Notes under the pieces: generated by a model
Seen by the model: only the letters and a program-made list of their open reading frames with translations
The model's database searches: none
What the model was told of the DNA's origin: nothing
NCBI GenBank assembly: GCA_001465015.1
Contig: LNEO01000113.1
Location: 736-64,735, forward strand
DNA length: 64,000 nucleotides
Reading direction: 5' to 3'
Origin: Deltaproteobacteria bacterium Ga0077539
GTDB lineage: Bacteria > Myxococcota_A > Polyangia > Polyangiales > Ga0077539
Made by a program: the position numbers and the translations under genes
Part shown: in pieces, positions 1-8,755 of the stretch
How the letters are laid out: each line of letters starts with the position of its first letter
How positions within the stretch are numbered: the stretch's first letter is position 1

Positions 1-1641
1 CTCACGGCCGAGTCCGTCTTTCAGCTCATCCGAGGCAACGCAGGGCGCTCGGTCGCAAGCCTCGATGCGCTCGCGCGGGCAACCCGTCCCCCAGAACTCG
101 AAGTAGCACGCTATCCGCGCACAGGCCGCACGCTGACCCACCGCGTACTGCTCGTGCTCGGCGACGACACGCCAGAGGTGATCGGGCCGTGGGGATCAGT
201 GGCCCCGACACCGCGCGCCGTGTGTGACCCGCTGCTCGAAGCATGGGCTCGAAGCCAGCTCGGCAACCCGGACGACACGAGCTGCGTCGTGCGCTTCGCG
301 AAAGGAGATGCCGACGCAACCTCGCTGCACGTGCGGTTGTCGGACCTTGCGCTCGGAGCGCTGGACGTCGTTGCGCTCGCGGCAACGCAGCCCGAACCGA
401 AACAGGGCAGCGAGATCGACCGTCGCGTGCGGCTGTTCGTGCTTTCTCGGTACCCAGGAGTTTCGATCGAGAGCGTGCGCTACGACGAAGGCGCGTCGTC
501 GAGCGCTCGGACGTTCGAACAAACCCTCGAAGTGGCGCGGGCGATCAGCGCGCTGCTCGGCCGAAGCCGTCCGTTTCGCATCGAAGACCTCGCGCCGAGC
601 GCGCTCGCCAACCCAACCCCTGCCGAGGCCACCTTCTCCGAGCGAGACAAGGAGCGCGCACAGCGTGCTCAACGTGCGCTCGTCACGCTGATTCGCGATC
701 TCGTCCGCGCGCTTCGAACTCCTCCCGCTTCGATCGAGCAAGCAGAAGACCTCCATCGTCAACTCCAACTCGCAGCGCTGTACGGAGTCGTTGGAGCCCT
801 CCCCGATCTCCCGGTGTCGAGCCTCGCAGCCCCGTATGGGTCTTTGACCACGAGCGCGCGCAGCGCTCTTGCCGAGTTGCAATCGCGCCTCGAGAAGGCA
901 GAAGCGGCAACCAATGCGCGCGAAAAAGCCCGCGCGATCTTCGGCGCGGACTTCCTGTTCGTGTCGAGCGTTCACCCGGACGGCGCCGTACGGACCTCAC
1001 TCGAGACAGCGCTCGAGCAAGCGTCTTCTCTCGGGGCGACGACCGATCAAGTTCGTGTGTGGCAGGCACAGGCGACGCGCGTACGAGAGTCGCTCCGCGC
1101 GCTGCGCACGGTGACGACGTACGCACGCGCCACCGGCGCTTCGACAGCACCTGTCTCGATTGTGCAGCTCCCGACGGAGCCCGGCGATTGGTGGGCGGCG
1201 CTCCCGAACCGGACAGCCACAGAAGCAGAACGCCAACGAACGCTGCTGCTCTCGGGGCGCGTGTCCGTTGCGCTCGTCGACTGCGGCGCGCGTGTGCCGG
1301 GAGCCACCGCGTGGAGCGGATTGCTCCTCGACGACTGGGTCGAAACGATCCCGCTGCCCGACGAGACGACCGGCATCGCTGCGCACTACGACGATCCGGG
1401 CGCCGAAGCGCCACAGACGCTTCTGTTGGCGGTTCCAACGAGGCTCGACGGTTGGCGCTTCGATGACCTCGTCGCGACGCTGCACGAGGCGCTCGACAAC
1501 GCGCGCATCCGCGCGACCGAACCGGAGACGCTCGTGCACTTCGCGCAGTTTCTGCCCGCAGCGTACGTGACGGCCAACGTCGCGGGAGATGTCGTCTCGA
1601 CCCTGCTCACCAACGCGATCACCGTCGAACAGCCGAGCTGA
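1..1641 (+). CDS. C-terminal part of a large conserved uncharacterised protein (5' end lies outside the window)
   Basis: Frame is open from base 1 (LTAESVFQLIRGN...PPELEV..PR.G..LTHRV), upstream of the ORF-track start at 154. The C-terminal block GLLLDDWVETIP..ETTGIAAHYDDPGAEAPQTLLLAVP resembles a widespread family of large hypothetical proteins that I recall preceding DPLW-type proteins. Confidence 0.8.
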   Translation, partial: LTAESVFQLIRGNAGRSVASLDALARATRPPELEVARYPRTGRTLTHRVLLVLGDDTPEVIGPWGSVAPTPRAVCDPLLEAWARSQLGNPDDTSCVVRFAKGDADATSLHVRLSDLALGALDVVALAATQPEPKQGSEIDRRVRLFVLSRYPGVSIESVRYDEGASSSARTFEQTLEVARAISALLGRSRPFRIEDLAPSALANPTPAEATFSERDKERAQRAQRALVTLIRDLVRALRTPPASIEQAEDLHRQLQLAALYGVVGALPDLPVSSLAAPYGSLTTSARSALAELQSRLEKAEAATNAREKARAIFGADFLFVSSVHPDGAVRTSLETALEQASSLGATTDQVRVWQAQATRVRESLRALRTVTTYARATGASTAPVSIVQLPTEPGDWWAALPNRTATEAERQRTLLLSGRVSVALVDCGARVPGATAWSGLLLDDWVETIPLPDETTGIAAHYDDPGAEAPQTLLLAVPTRLDGWRFDDLVATLHEALDNARIRATEPETLVHFAQFLPAAYVTANVAGDVVSTLLTNAITVEQPS

Positions 1642-1643
1642 CC

Positions 1644-3392
1644 ATGGCGTCCATCACGTACTGGAATCGACTCGAACCCATCGTGCGCTCCGACGCAATC
1701 GTTCGTTCGTTGCGCGCGGAAATTCGCGATCCGCTCTGGCTCCTTACGCGGCAGTGGCAACTCGGCGAGTTCCAGGGCGAAGACGCGGCGAGCCCTGCGT
1801 GGATCGAAGTGCACACGAGCGAGACGCCCATCGACGAGTGGTCTGCTCGCGGCGGCGCGTCGCACGCGCTCGACGCAGATTCTCCTCTCGAAGCTTTGTT
1901 CGCAGGCGCGTCTGCGCTCGACGACGGGCTCGAAACGCGCGCCGAGCTCGGGGGCCTCTTCGAAGACGAACTCCTCGCAGCGGGCGGCTCTCGCGCCTTG
2001 ATCGAGAGCATCCGCCAGAGGTACGGGATCGCAGCGCGCGCTCCTCGTGAAGACGCGGCGTCGATCCGGTTCGAGCAGGTATGCGCAGATAGGCTCACCG
2101 ATGGGCTCGCACTGCTCGAGCTCGACCGCGGCTGGAAAGCGATTTCGGAGACGATCGCCGCCGACGCCGAAGCAGAGGCCTCGCTTCAGCGAGCGTACGC
2201 GGCGCTCGAACAATTCGCGCGGAGTGTTTTCGGACAACTGCCATCGGACCGCCCAGCCGCTTGGCAGTCCGAGCGGCTTCGCGCCGAGGGCACGCTCTCG
2301 CTGAGCACGCCGGAGAGCCGGCTGTCTCTGCGCGTCGAGCCATCACGCGAGGGAGACGTGGACTGGTATTCGTGCGACGTTGCTACGAGGAGCCGCGGCG
2401 GATCGAGTGCGCGTACGAGCAAGCGCGTCGTCATGCCAGCACATGTTCGATTCCGCGGAATGCCCGAGCATCGCTTCTGGGACTTCGAGCACGGAGGCGC
2501 AGACTTCGGCGCCGTGGTCGCTGACAGTCGCGACGTTGCTCGGCTCGTGGTCATCGACTTCGCGCTCACGGCATCGAACGACTGGTTCATGGTGCCGTGC
2601 GTCCAACGCGTCGGCACCGCGCTTCGCGTCGAACAGGTCCGTGTTCGTGATGTGTTCGGGGGCACGACGCTCGTCGAGCGTGGCGATCAAGTGGATCCAG
2701 CACGCCGCACGGAGCGTTGGACGATGTGGTCGATCACCGACCGCGAGAGCGGCGGCGTCGAGCCCTCTCTCCTGCTGCCCGCTGGCTACCCGAGCCGCAT
2801 GGCGGGCGCCGCGATCGAAGAGGTGCGCTTTCTTCGCGACGAGATGGCCAACATGTCGTGGGCCATCGAGCACACGATTCCCAACGCGCTCGGCGAACCG
2901 TGGCTCTCGCACGAACGAGCGACGGCTCGCCTTCCTGCTGGCGTTCCCCCACCACCTGCGCCGCCTGCCACTGGCCCACAAATCAAGTACGTGTTGCAGA
3001 CCGACGTGCCCGCGTATTGGTTCCCCCTCGTTCCCGCACGAATCGAAGGCGCGGCGGGGCAAATCGAATACGCGCTCGGCTCGATGCTCGACAGTGTCAC
3101 CGGTGCCAGGCGAACGCTTGCCCCGGACGGCCGCATCCTTCGCGCTCCCAGCGGCCACCGACTGCGTGTTCGCGAAGAAGAGCTGCCCCGCGTCGGCGTG
3201 ACGGTCCAGCGTGTGCCCGTGCGCACGCGGACGCCGAGCGGAGCGACGCGACTGTGGGTCGAGTGGCGCCGACGCCCAGGCGCAGGCGAGGGCTCTTCGG
3301 GGCTGAAGTTCGACAGCGTGGAGTTCATTCGCGCTCCTCAGACGAGCGCATCTGACGAAATCGTCCCAGCAGCAACGGAGGAATCGCCATGA
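1644..3392 (+). CDS. Conserved uncharacterised protein, 582 aa (W.RLEP...DPLWLLTRQWQLGEFQGEDA type)
   Basis: ATG 2 nt after the upstream stop. Conserved-looking blocks DPLWLLTRQWQLGEFQGEDAASP, FRGMP..RFWDFE, NDWFMVP, IEEVRFLRDEMANMSWAIE, VPAYWFP, EEELPR.G, GEGSSGLKFD. Confidence 0.85.
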   Translation: MASITYWNRLEPIVRSDAIVRSLRAEIRDPLWLLTRQWQLGEFQGEDAASPAWIEVHTSETPIDEWSARGGASHALDADSPLEALFAGASALDDGLETRAELGGLFEDELLAAGGSRALIESIRQRYGIAARAPREDAASIRFEQVCADRLTDGLALLELDRGWKAISETIAADAEAEASLQRAYAALEQFARSVFGQLPSDRPAAWQSERLRAEGTLSLSTPESRLSLRVEPSREGDVDWYSCDVATRSRGGSSARTSKRVVMPAHVRFRGMPEHRFWDFEHGGADFGAVVADSRDVARLVVIDFALTASNDWFMVPCVQRVGTALRVEQVRVRDVFGGTTLVERGDQVDPARRTERWTMWSITDRESGGVEPSLLLPAGYPSRMAGAAIEEVRFLRDEMANMSWAIEHTIPNALGEPWLSHERATARLPAGVPPPPAPPATGPQIKYVLQTDVPAYWFPLVPARIEGAAGQIEYALGSMLDSVTGARRTLAPDGRILRAPSGHRLRVREEELPRVGVTVQRVPVRTRTPSGATRLWVEWRRRPGAGEGSSGLKFDSVEFIRAPQTSASDEIVPAATEESP

Positions 3393-4135
3393 CGTTTCAT
3401 CTCGCATCGTTCGTAGGGCTGCAGGGCCCGGGGACGCTCGCTCGCGTGTCCCCGACAACCGACACCCAGTTGTATTCGGTCGACGATCGGATCGTGCTTC
3501 CCTGCCCCATGGACCTCGTGTGCGCGTTCGGGATGGGAAGCTCGCTGCAAACGGCCAAGGTGACGTCTCCGATTCTGAGAGGCGTAAACCCGATCAACGT
3601 GAGTCCGCTCGTGATTGGGGCGTCTATTCCATCGACGCCCAACGTCGCATACTTCGGCCACGACGCGATCCACTTGCAACGCGACGAACCGATCACGTTC
3701 GAGGCGTCGGGCGTCGGGCAGAGCTTGGCGCGTGGCTTGGTGTGGCTCGAAGAGAAGTTCGAACCCGTTCCATCAGGCGATCGGTTCTGGGTGCGAATGA
3801 CGAGCTCGGCGTTCGTTCCTGTGAGCGACGTGTGGTGGCCGATGCAACTCACCTCGGTCGACGAACTCGCCGCAGGAACGTACGCGGTGATCGGAATGCA
3901 GTACGCGAGTCCAACGGGGATCGCCGCTCGCCTCACGTTCGACCATCAATATTGGAAGCCTGGAGTGCTTGCGACGCAGTCTCCCTCCGCTCGATCATTT
4001 CAGCAGAGCTACGACGGATCGTTCGGGTTGTGGGGCACCTTCCGCACCTCGTCGCTGCCGCGACTCGAGGTTCTCTTGAGCAGCTCAGACAACACGCACG
4101 AGGTGAGGCTGCTCGTCGTGCGTGTGGGAGGGTAG
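3389..4135 (+). CDS. Putative double-jelly-roll capsid-like protein, 248 aa (resembles small 'Odin-group'-type DJR major capsid proteins)
   Basis: GGAGG RBS at 3377-3381 and ATGA overlap with the upstream stop. Beta-strand-like sequence in two ~120-aa halves joined at EPVPSG. Motifs TSPILR..NP, GLVWL, L.AG.YAVIGM, IAARL.F...W.PGV and G.WG.F match my recollection of that family. The CDS is secure; the fold call is inference. Confidence 0.6.
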   Translation: MTFHLASFVGLQGPGTLARVSPTTDTQLYSVDDRIVLPCPMDLVCAFGMGSSLQTAKVTSPILRGVNPINVSPLVIGASIPSTPNVAYFGHDAIHLQRDEPITFEASGVGQSLARGLVWLEEKFEPVPSGDRFWVRMTSSAFVPVSDVWWPMQLTSVDELAAGTYAVIGMQYASPTGIAARLTFDHQYWKPGVLATQSPSARSFQQSYDGSFGLWGTFRTSSLPRLEVLLSSSDNTHEVRLLVVRVGG

Positions 4136-4206
4136 CTCCGCGCATGTGTACGCGATGTCCGATCCCCATTCCGAGGTGACGGCGCGATCTCGGAGACGCT
4201 CGTGGC

Positions 4207-4279
4207 ATGACGCAAACGAGCAAACGCAGGTCGCGGCGTAGTCCGCAGCAATGGAAGTCCATCCTCGAAGCGCTACAAC
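4207..4279 (+). pseudogene. N-terminal fragment of an IS66-type TnpA-like gene, interrupted at 4280
   Basis: MTQTSKRRSRRSPQQWKSILEALQR resembles TnpA N-termini (RR.R...W..I....SG). Similarity stops exactly where GTAAGCG begins. Confidence 0.45.
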
Positions 4280-4334
4280 GTAAGCGCTGCGTGAGGAGGC
4301 GTGGTTGTGGACGAGGAACAAAGGCCCGAGTGTC

Positions 4335-4607
4335 ATGCGCGTGCGAGCAGCCGATCCAGAAATTGAAGCGAAGTGGCGTCAGCGCGTGGATGCGTGGCGA
4401 CGAAGCGGACGAACCGCCAAGCAATTTGCAGCGCAGAATGGTTTCTCGATCTCGTCTCTGACGGGGTGGGCTTCGCGATTGCCCGGCGAGGCCAGCCGCG
4501 CGTCTTCGCAGGCACCGAAGATCGTTCCTCTCGTGCGCGTCGCCCAGCCCGTTGCTCAGAGCGAGCTGGCTGTCGATCCCGGAAGCGCTCGGGTGCGCGT
4601 TCAGAGC
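4335..4607 (+). pseudogene. tnpA: IS66 accessory protein TnpA (HTH), C-terminally truncated
   Basis: KWRQRVDAWRRSGRTAKQFAAQNGFSISSLTGWASRL...VPLVRV...ARVRV is the TnpA pattern. The usual final helix is replaced by read-through into the terminal repeat (ORF runs on to 4679). Confidence 0.7.
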
Positions 4608-4631
4608 GTAACCGCTGCATGCAACGGTTAC
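4608..4631. repeat. 24-bp near-perfect palindrome GTAACCGCTGCATGCAACGGTTAC
   Basis: Self-complementary except one mismatched pair. Each arm looks like an IS66 terminus. Confidence 0.9.
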
Positions 4632-4729
4632 GTTCCATCGATGAACTGGTGGGCGACGCCGTGCGCGCCACGCCGGTGATGTGGCTCGCTATCGGGGCGC
4701 TGCGCGCGGACTCGCTCGCCCCTGCGCGC

Positions 4730-6334
4730 TCACCGTCGCAAGTACTCTGTCCCCTGCGCCGCGAGAAACTCGTCGTAGGTCCCGTTGAAAAGCTGTGCGC
4801 CGCTCGGCGACAGCTCGAGCACCCTCGTCCCGAGGCGGCCGACGAAGTGACGATCGTGGCTCGTGACGATGACCGTTCCGGGATAGGCGATCAGCGCCTC
4901 GAGCAGCGCGTCGATGCTCTCGACGTCCAGGTGGTTGGTCGGCTCGTCGAGGAGCATCACGTTGTGCTTCTGCAACATGAGCTTCGCCAGCACGAGCCTC
5001 GCGGCCTCGCCGCCCGAGAGCGTCTCGGTCTTCTTCAGCCCGGCCTCGCCGCTGAAGAGCAGCTTTCCGAGCACCGAGCGAACCTGCTCGATCGTCGCGT
5101 TCTCGTCGAAGCGGCGAAGCCAGTCGTACGCAGTGAAGCCTGGCTCGAGCGCCTCGTGGTGGTCCTGCGCAAAGTAGCCAACGGACGTCTCGTGTCCCCA
5201 CACGACCTCGCCCGTGTCGGGCTTGTGCTCGCCGACGAGGCACTTGAGCAGCGTGGACTTTCCAATGCCGCTCGGACCGATGACGGCGAGGCGCTCGCCG
5301 CGCATGAGCGCGAGGTCGAGCCCGCGCAGCACCTTCTTGTCGCCAAACGACTTGCTCAGCCCGTTCACGCGCACGACGTCGCGCCCGGACGGACGAGTGA
5401 TCTCGAACTTCACGTACGGCCGAACGACGTTCGAGCGACGCACGACCATCGAGGCCTCGAGCTTCTCGATCTCTTTCACGCGAGACTGCGCCTGGCTCGA
5501 GCGGTTGGCGCTGGCGCCGAAGCGGGCCACGAAGTCCTTGAGCTCCGCGATCCGGCGCTTCTTCTGGGCGATGTCTTGATCGTTTTGCAGCTTTCCCGTG
5601 GTCTTTTGCTGGACGAAATCCGAATAGTCGCCGGTGAAGACCGTCACCGTCTGAAAGTCGACGTCCGCGACGTGCGTCGCGATCGCGTTCATGAAGTGCC
5701 GGTCGTGGCTGACCACGACGAGCGTTCCTCGGAAGCCGCCGGTGAGATAGCCCTCGAGCCAGCGGATCGAGTCCAGGTCCAGGTGGTTCGTCGGCTCGTC
5801 GAGCAGCAGCACGTCCGCCCCCGCGAACAGCGTCTGCGCGAGCAGCACCCGAAGCTTGTATCCGCCAGCCAACGACCGAAGCGGGTCGAGGTGTCGATCC
5901 GTGGGAATTCCGAGCCCCTCGAGCAGCTCCGCCGCGCGCGCCTCCGCCGTGTAGCCGTCCTCTTCGGCGACGACGCCCTCGAGCTCGGCCAGGCGCATGC
6001 CGACCTCGTCGGTCATCTCCTGCAGAAAGAGCCGCTCTTTCTCCTGCATGGCGTCCCAGAGCGCGCGGTTTCCCATCAGCACCACGTCGAGGATCCGCAC
6101 GCCGTCGTAGTGAAAGTGGTCCTGCTTGAGCACGCCCACCTTGAGCTTCTCGGGAATGCTCACGGTGCCCTTGTCGGACTCTTCTTCGCCCGTGATCACC
6201 TTCAAGAGCGTGGATTTTCCCGCGCCGTTCGCCCCGACCAGGACGTATCGCTTGCCTGGGTCGAAGTGCATCGTGACGTCTTCGAAGAGGATCTTGGGCC
6301 CGAAGCGCTTGGTGACGTTCTCGAGGGTGATCAT
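4730..6334 (-). CDS. ABC-F family ATPase (YbiT-like, ribosome-associated), 534 aa
   Basis: Two ABC cassettes (GANGAGKS / LLLDEPTNHLD; GPSGIGKS / LSGGE / LLDEPTNHLD), an inter-domain helical linker and no TM segments. KQDHF..ILDVVLMGN..LW block is typical of the YbiT group. Confidence 0.92.
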   Translation of the reverse strand: MITLENVTKRFGPKILFEDVTMHFDPGKRYVLVGANGAGKSTLLKVITGEEESDKGTVSIPEKLKVGVLKQDHFHYDGVRILDVVLMGNRALWDAMQEKERLFLQEMTDEVGMRLAELEGVVAEEDGYTAEARAAELLEGLGIPTDRHLDPLRSLAGGYKLRVLLAQTLFAGADVLLLDEPTNHLDLDSIRWLEGYLTGGFRGTLVVVSHDRHFMNAIATHVADVDFQTVTVFTGDYSDFVQQKTTGKLQNDQDIAQKKRRIAELKDFVARFGASANRSSQAQSRVKEIEKLEASMVVRRSNVVRPYVKFEITRPSGRDVVRVNGLSKSFGDKKVLRGLDLALMRGERLAVIGPSGIGKSTLLKCLVGEHKPDTGEVVWGHETSVGYFAQDHHEALEPGFTAYDWLRRFDENATIEQVRSVLGKLLFSGEAGLKKTETLSGGEAARLVLAKLMLQKHNVMLLDEPTNHLDVESIDALLEALIAYPGTVIVTSHDRHFVGRLGTRVLELSPSGAQLFNGTYDEFLAAQGTEYLRR

Positions 6335-6405
6335 GAGCGGAGACGCCTCCTGTCACCAATCGCGGCGCGACGCAACCGCGTCTTTTCTAAGCGCGGTACA
6401 CTCCC

Positions 6406-7587
6406 ATGGTGGCGAAGACGCCTCGAGTCACACACACAATCAAGCCCCCGTCGCCGCGGGTCTTCGTCCTCGGCAACCGCCGCGAGGGAACGAGCGAAGT
6501 CATCGCAGCCCTTCGCTCGCTCGCGACCCCCGACAAGCTCGAGTCCTGGCCCGCGCGCGTGTTCGCCCCGCCGCCCCGCGAGGACGGCGTCGTCATGCTC
6601 ATCAACGACTTCGGCCCGTCGGGCCAGTCCGCCAGAGTGCTCCAGCTCGAGACGCCCAAGCGCACGTTTTCCTTGTACGAGTGCGTCGATCAGCCCCAGG
6701 CGCTCATGATCGGCGCGAGCAATCGCTGCGACGCCGCGCTCTGGGTGCGCTCTGCCGAGGTCGACTGTGATCTCGACCCGGCGAGCGCGATGCTCGAGGC
6801 CGCCCGGTATCTCGGCGCCGAGCGCGCGCTCGTGTTCGTGATCGACGCCGAGCGGGTCGCACAGCCGCGCCGTGATCGCGTCGAACGCGAGGCGCGCGAG
6901 CTGCTCTCTCTCTCGGGATTCGCCGCCGACGAGTGTCCCGTCATCTGCAGCACCGGCGTCATCGAGCCGGGGTCGCACCAGTGGCGCGCGGGGGTCTCGG
7001 CCTTGCGCGACCTGCTCGAAGAGCACGTCCCCTACGTCGACGAAGACCCATACGTCGCGCTCGTGGTCGACGATGTCTTCGCGATCAAGAACCGCGGAAC
7101 CGTCGTCACCGGCCAAATCACCGCGGGAAAGCTCGCGGTCGGCGATCGCCTCGAGCTCGTCCGTCCAACGGGCCGACGGCCCATCACCATCCTGGGCATC
7201 GAGATGTTTCGCCGGCTGCTCGAGACCGCGCGTCGCCCGGATTACGTCGGGCTCCTCATCGATGTCGCGCGAGACGAAGTCGCGCGAGGCGACCTGATCG
7301 TGAGCCCGGGCGAGGGCGTCGTCGCGCGCCGCGCCAACGTCCGCGGCTACTGTTGGCGCCCTCCCGAAGTGTGGCCTCCCACCGAACGACTGCGTTGTGT
7401 CGGGTCGCTGGCCGACCAGCGGGTGCGCGTATCGATGACCACGCCTTCGCCGCTCGTGCTGGGGCCGTTCGAGGCACAAATCGAGTTCGATGCGCCCACC
7501 ATGCAGTTTCCAGGGCGCTCGCTCCTTTGGCGACAGGGGGAGGACTCGATCTTCGCGTCGGTGCTCTTCGAGTCCTCGCTCGATTGA
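6406..7587 (+). CDS. EF-Tu-like protein with degenerate GTPase motifs, 393 aa
   Basis: Colinear with EF-Tu: ETPKR, VEREARELLS..GF..DE.PVI, VDDVFAIKNRGTVVTG, GIEMFRRLLE, VGLL, EVARGDLI. G1 reads GNRREGTS, G3 ECVD, G4 VIDA. Confidence 0.85.
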   Translation: MVAKTPRVTHTIKPPSPRVFVLGNRREGTSEVIAALRSLATPDKLESWPARVFAPPPREDGVVMLINDFGPSGQSARVLQLETPKRTFSLYECVDQPQALMIGASNRCDAALWVRSAEVDCDLDPASAMLEAARYLGAERALVFVIDAERVAQPRRDRVEREARELLSLSGFAADECPVICSTGVIEPGSHQWRAGVSALRDLLEEHVPYVDEDPYVALVVDDVFAIKNRGTVVTGQITAGKLAVGDRLELVRPTGRRPITILGIEMFRRLLETARRPDYVGLLIDVARDEVARGDLIVSPGEGVVARRANVRGYCWRPPEVWPPTERLRCVGSLADQRVRVSMTTPSPLVLGPFEAQIEFDAPTMQFPGRSLLWRQGEDSIFASVLFESSLD

Positions 7588-7758
7588 GTGCCGCCTTCGA
7601 TCCCCCGTCACCGGCTCGCCGACGAAACCACGGTCGCCTCGCGAACCCCTTTGCGCCCGAGCTGGCTCCCATCGATCAGCAGTCTCGGGGACCCACGTCG
7701 CGGCGCAGGCGCGCTGCCGCGTCGGTGACCCCGCGTGCGCAGAAAGGCTGAAGTCACC

Positions 7759-8655
<897 letters not shown>

Positions 8656-8755
8656 GTACGGCCTCCCGCGAGCCTCGACGAGGCCCGGCTCGCGCACCGC
8701 GACGGTCCTCACGAAAAGATGGTCGAGCCTCCGCTGACCACATTATCGTCGGGGC

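Larger units (their letters stand above)
4280..4631 (+). mobile_element. Internally deleted IS66-family remnant (352 bp) with imperfect terminal inverted repeats
   Basis: Left end GTAAGCGCTGCGTG at 4280. Right end reads GTAACCGTTGCATG on the minus strand from 4631 (11/14 match). GTAA(G/C)CG is the typical IS66 terminus. It encloses a truncated tnpA. No tnpB/tnpC and no 8-bp target duplication (GCTACAAC vs GTTCCATC). Confidence 0.7.

Noticed and set aside
154-156. ORF-track start for the first gene
   Set aside because: The frame is open and conserved-looking from base 1, so the true start is upstream of the window.
1-4640. Calling the capsid-like region a prophage
   Set aside because: No integrase, packaging ATPase, replication or lysis genes and no att-like repeat in view; the upstream genes are not recognisably viral. 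It cannot be excluded beyond the window edge.
6406-7587. Annotating as functional tuf or as a tuf pseudogene
   Set aside because: The G motifs are gone, so it is not a working EF-Tu; there are no stops or frameshifts and conservation is domain-selective, so it is not simple decay.
7686-7733. Long GC hairpin upstream of the persulfide dioxygenase (riboswitch?)
   Set aside because: No known riboswitch consensus; such pairing is expected at this GC content.
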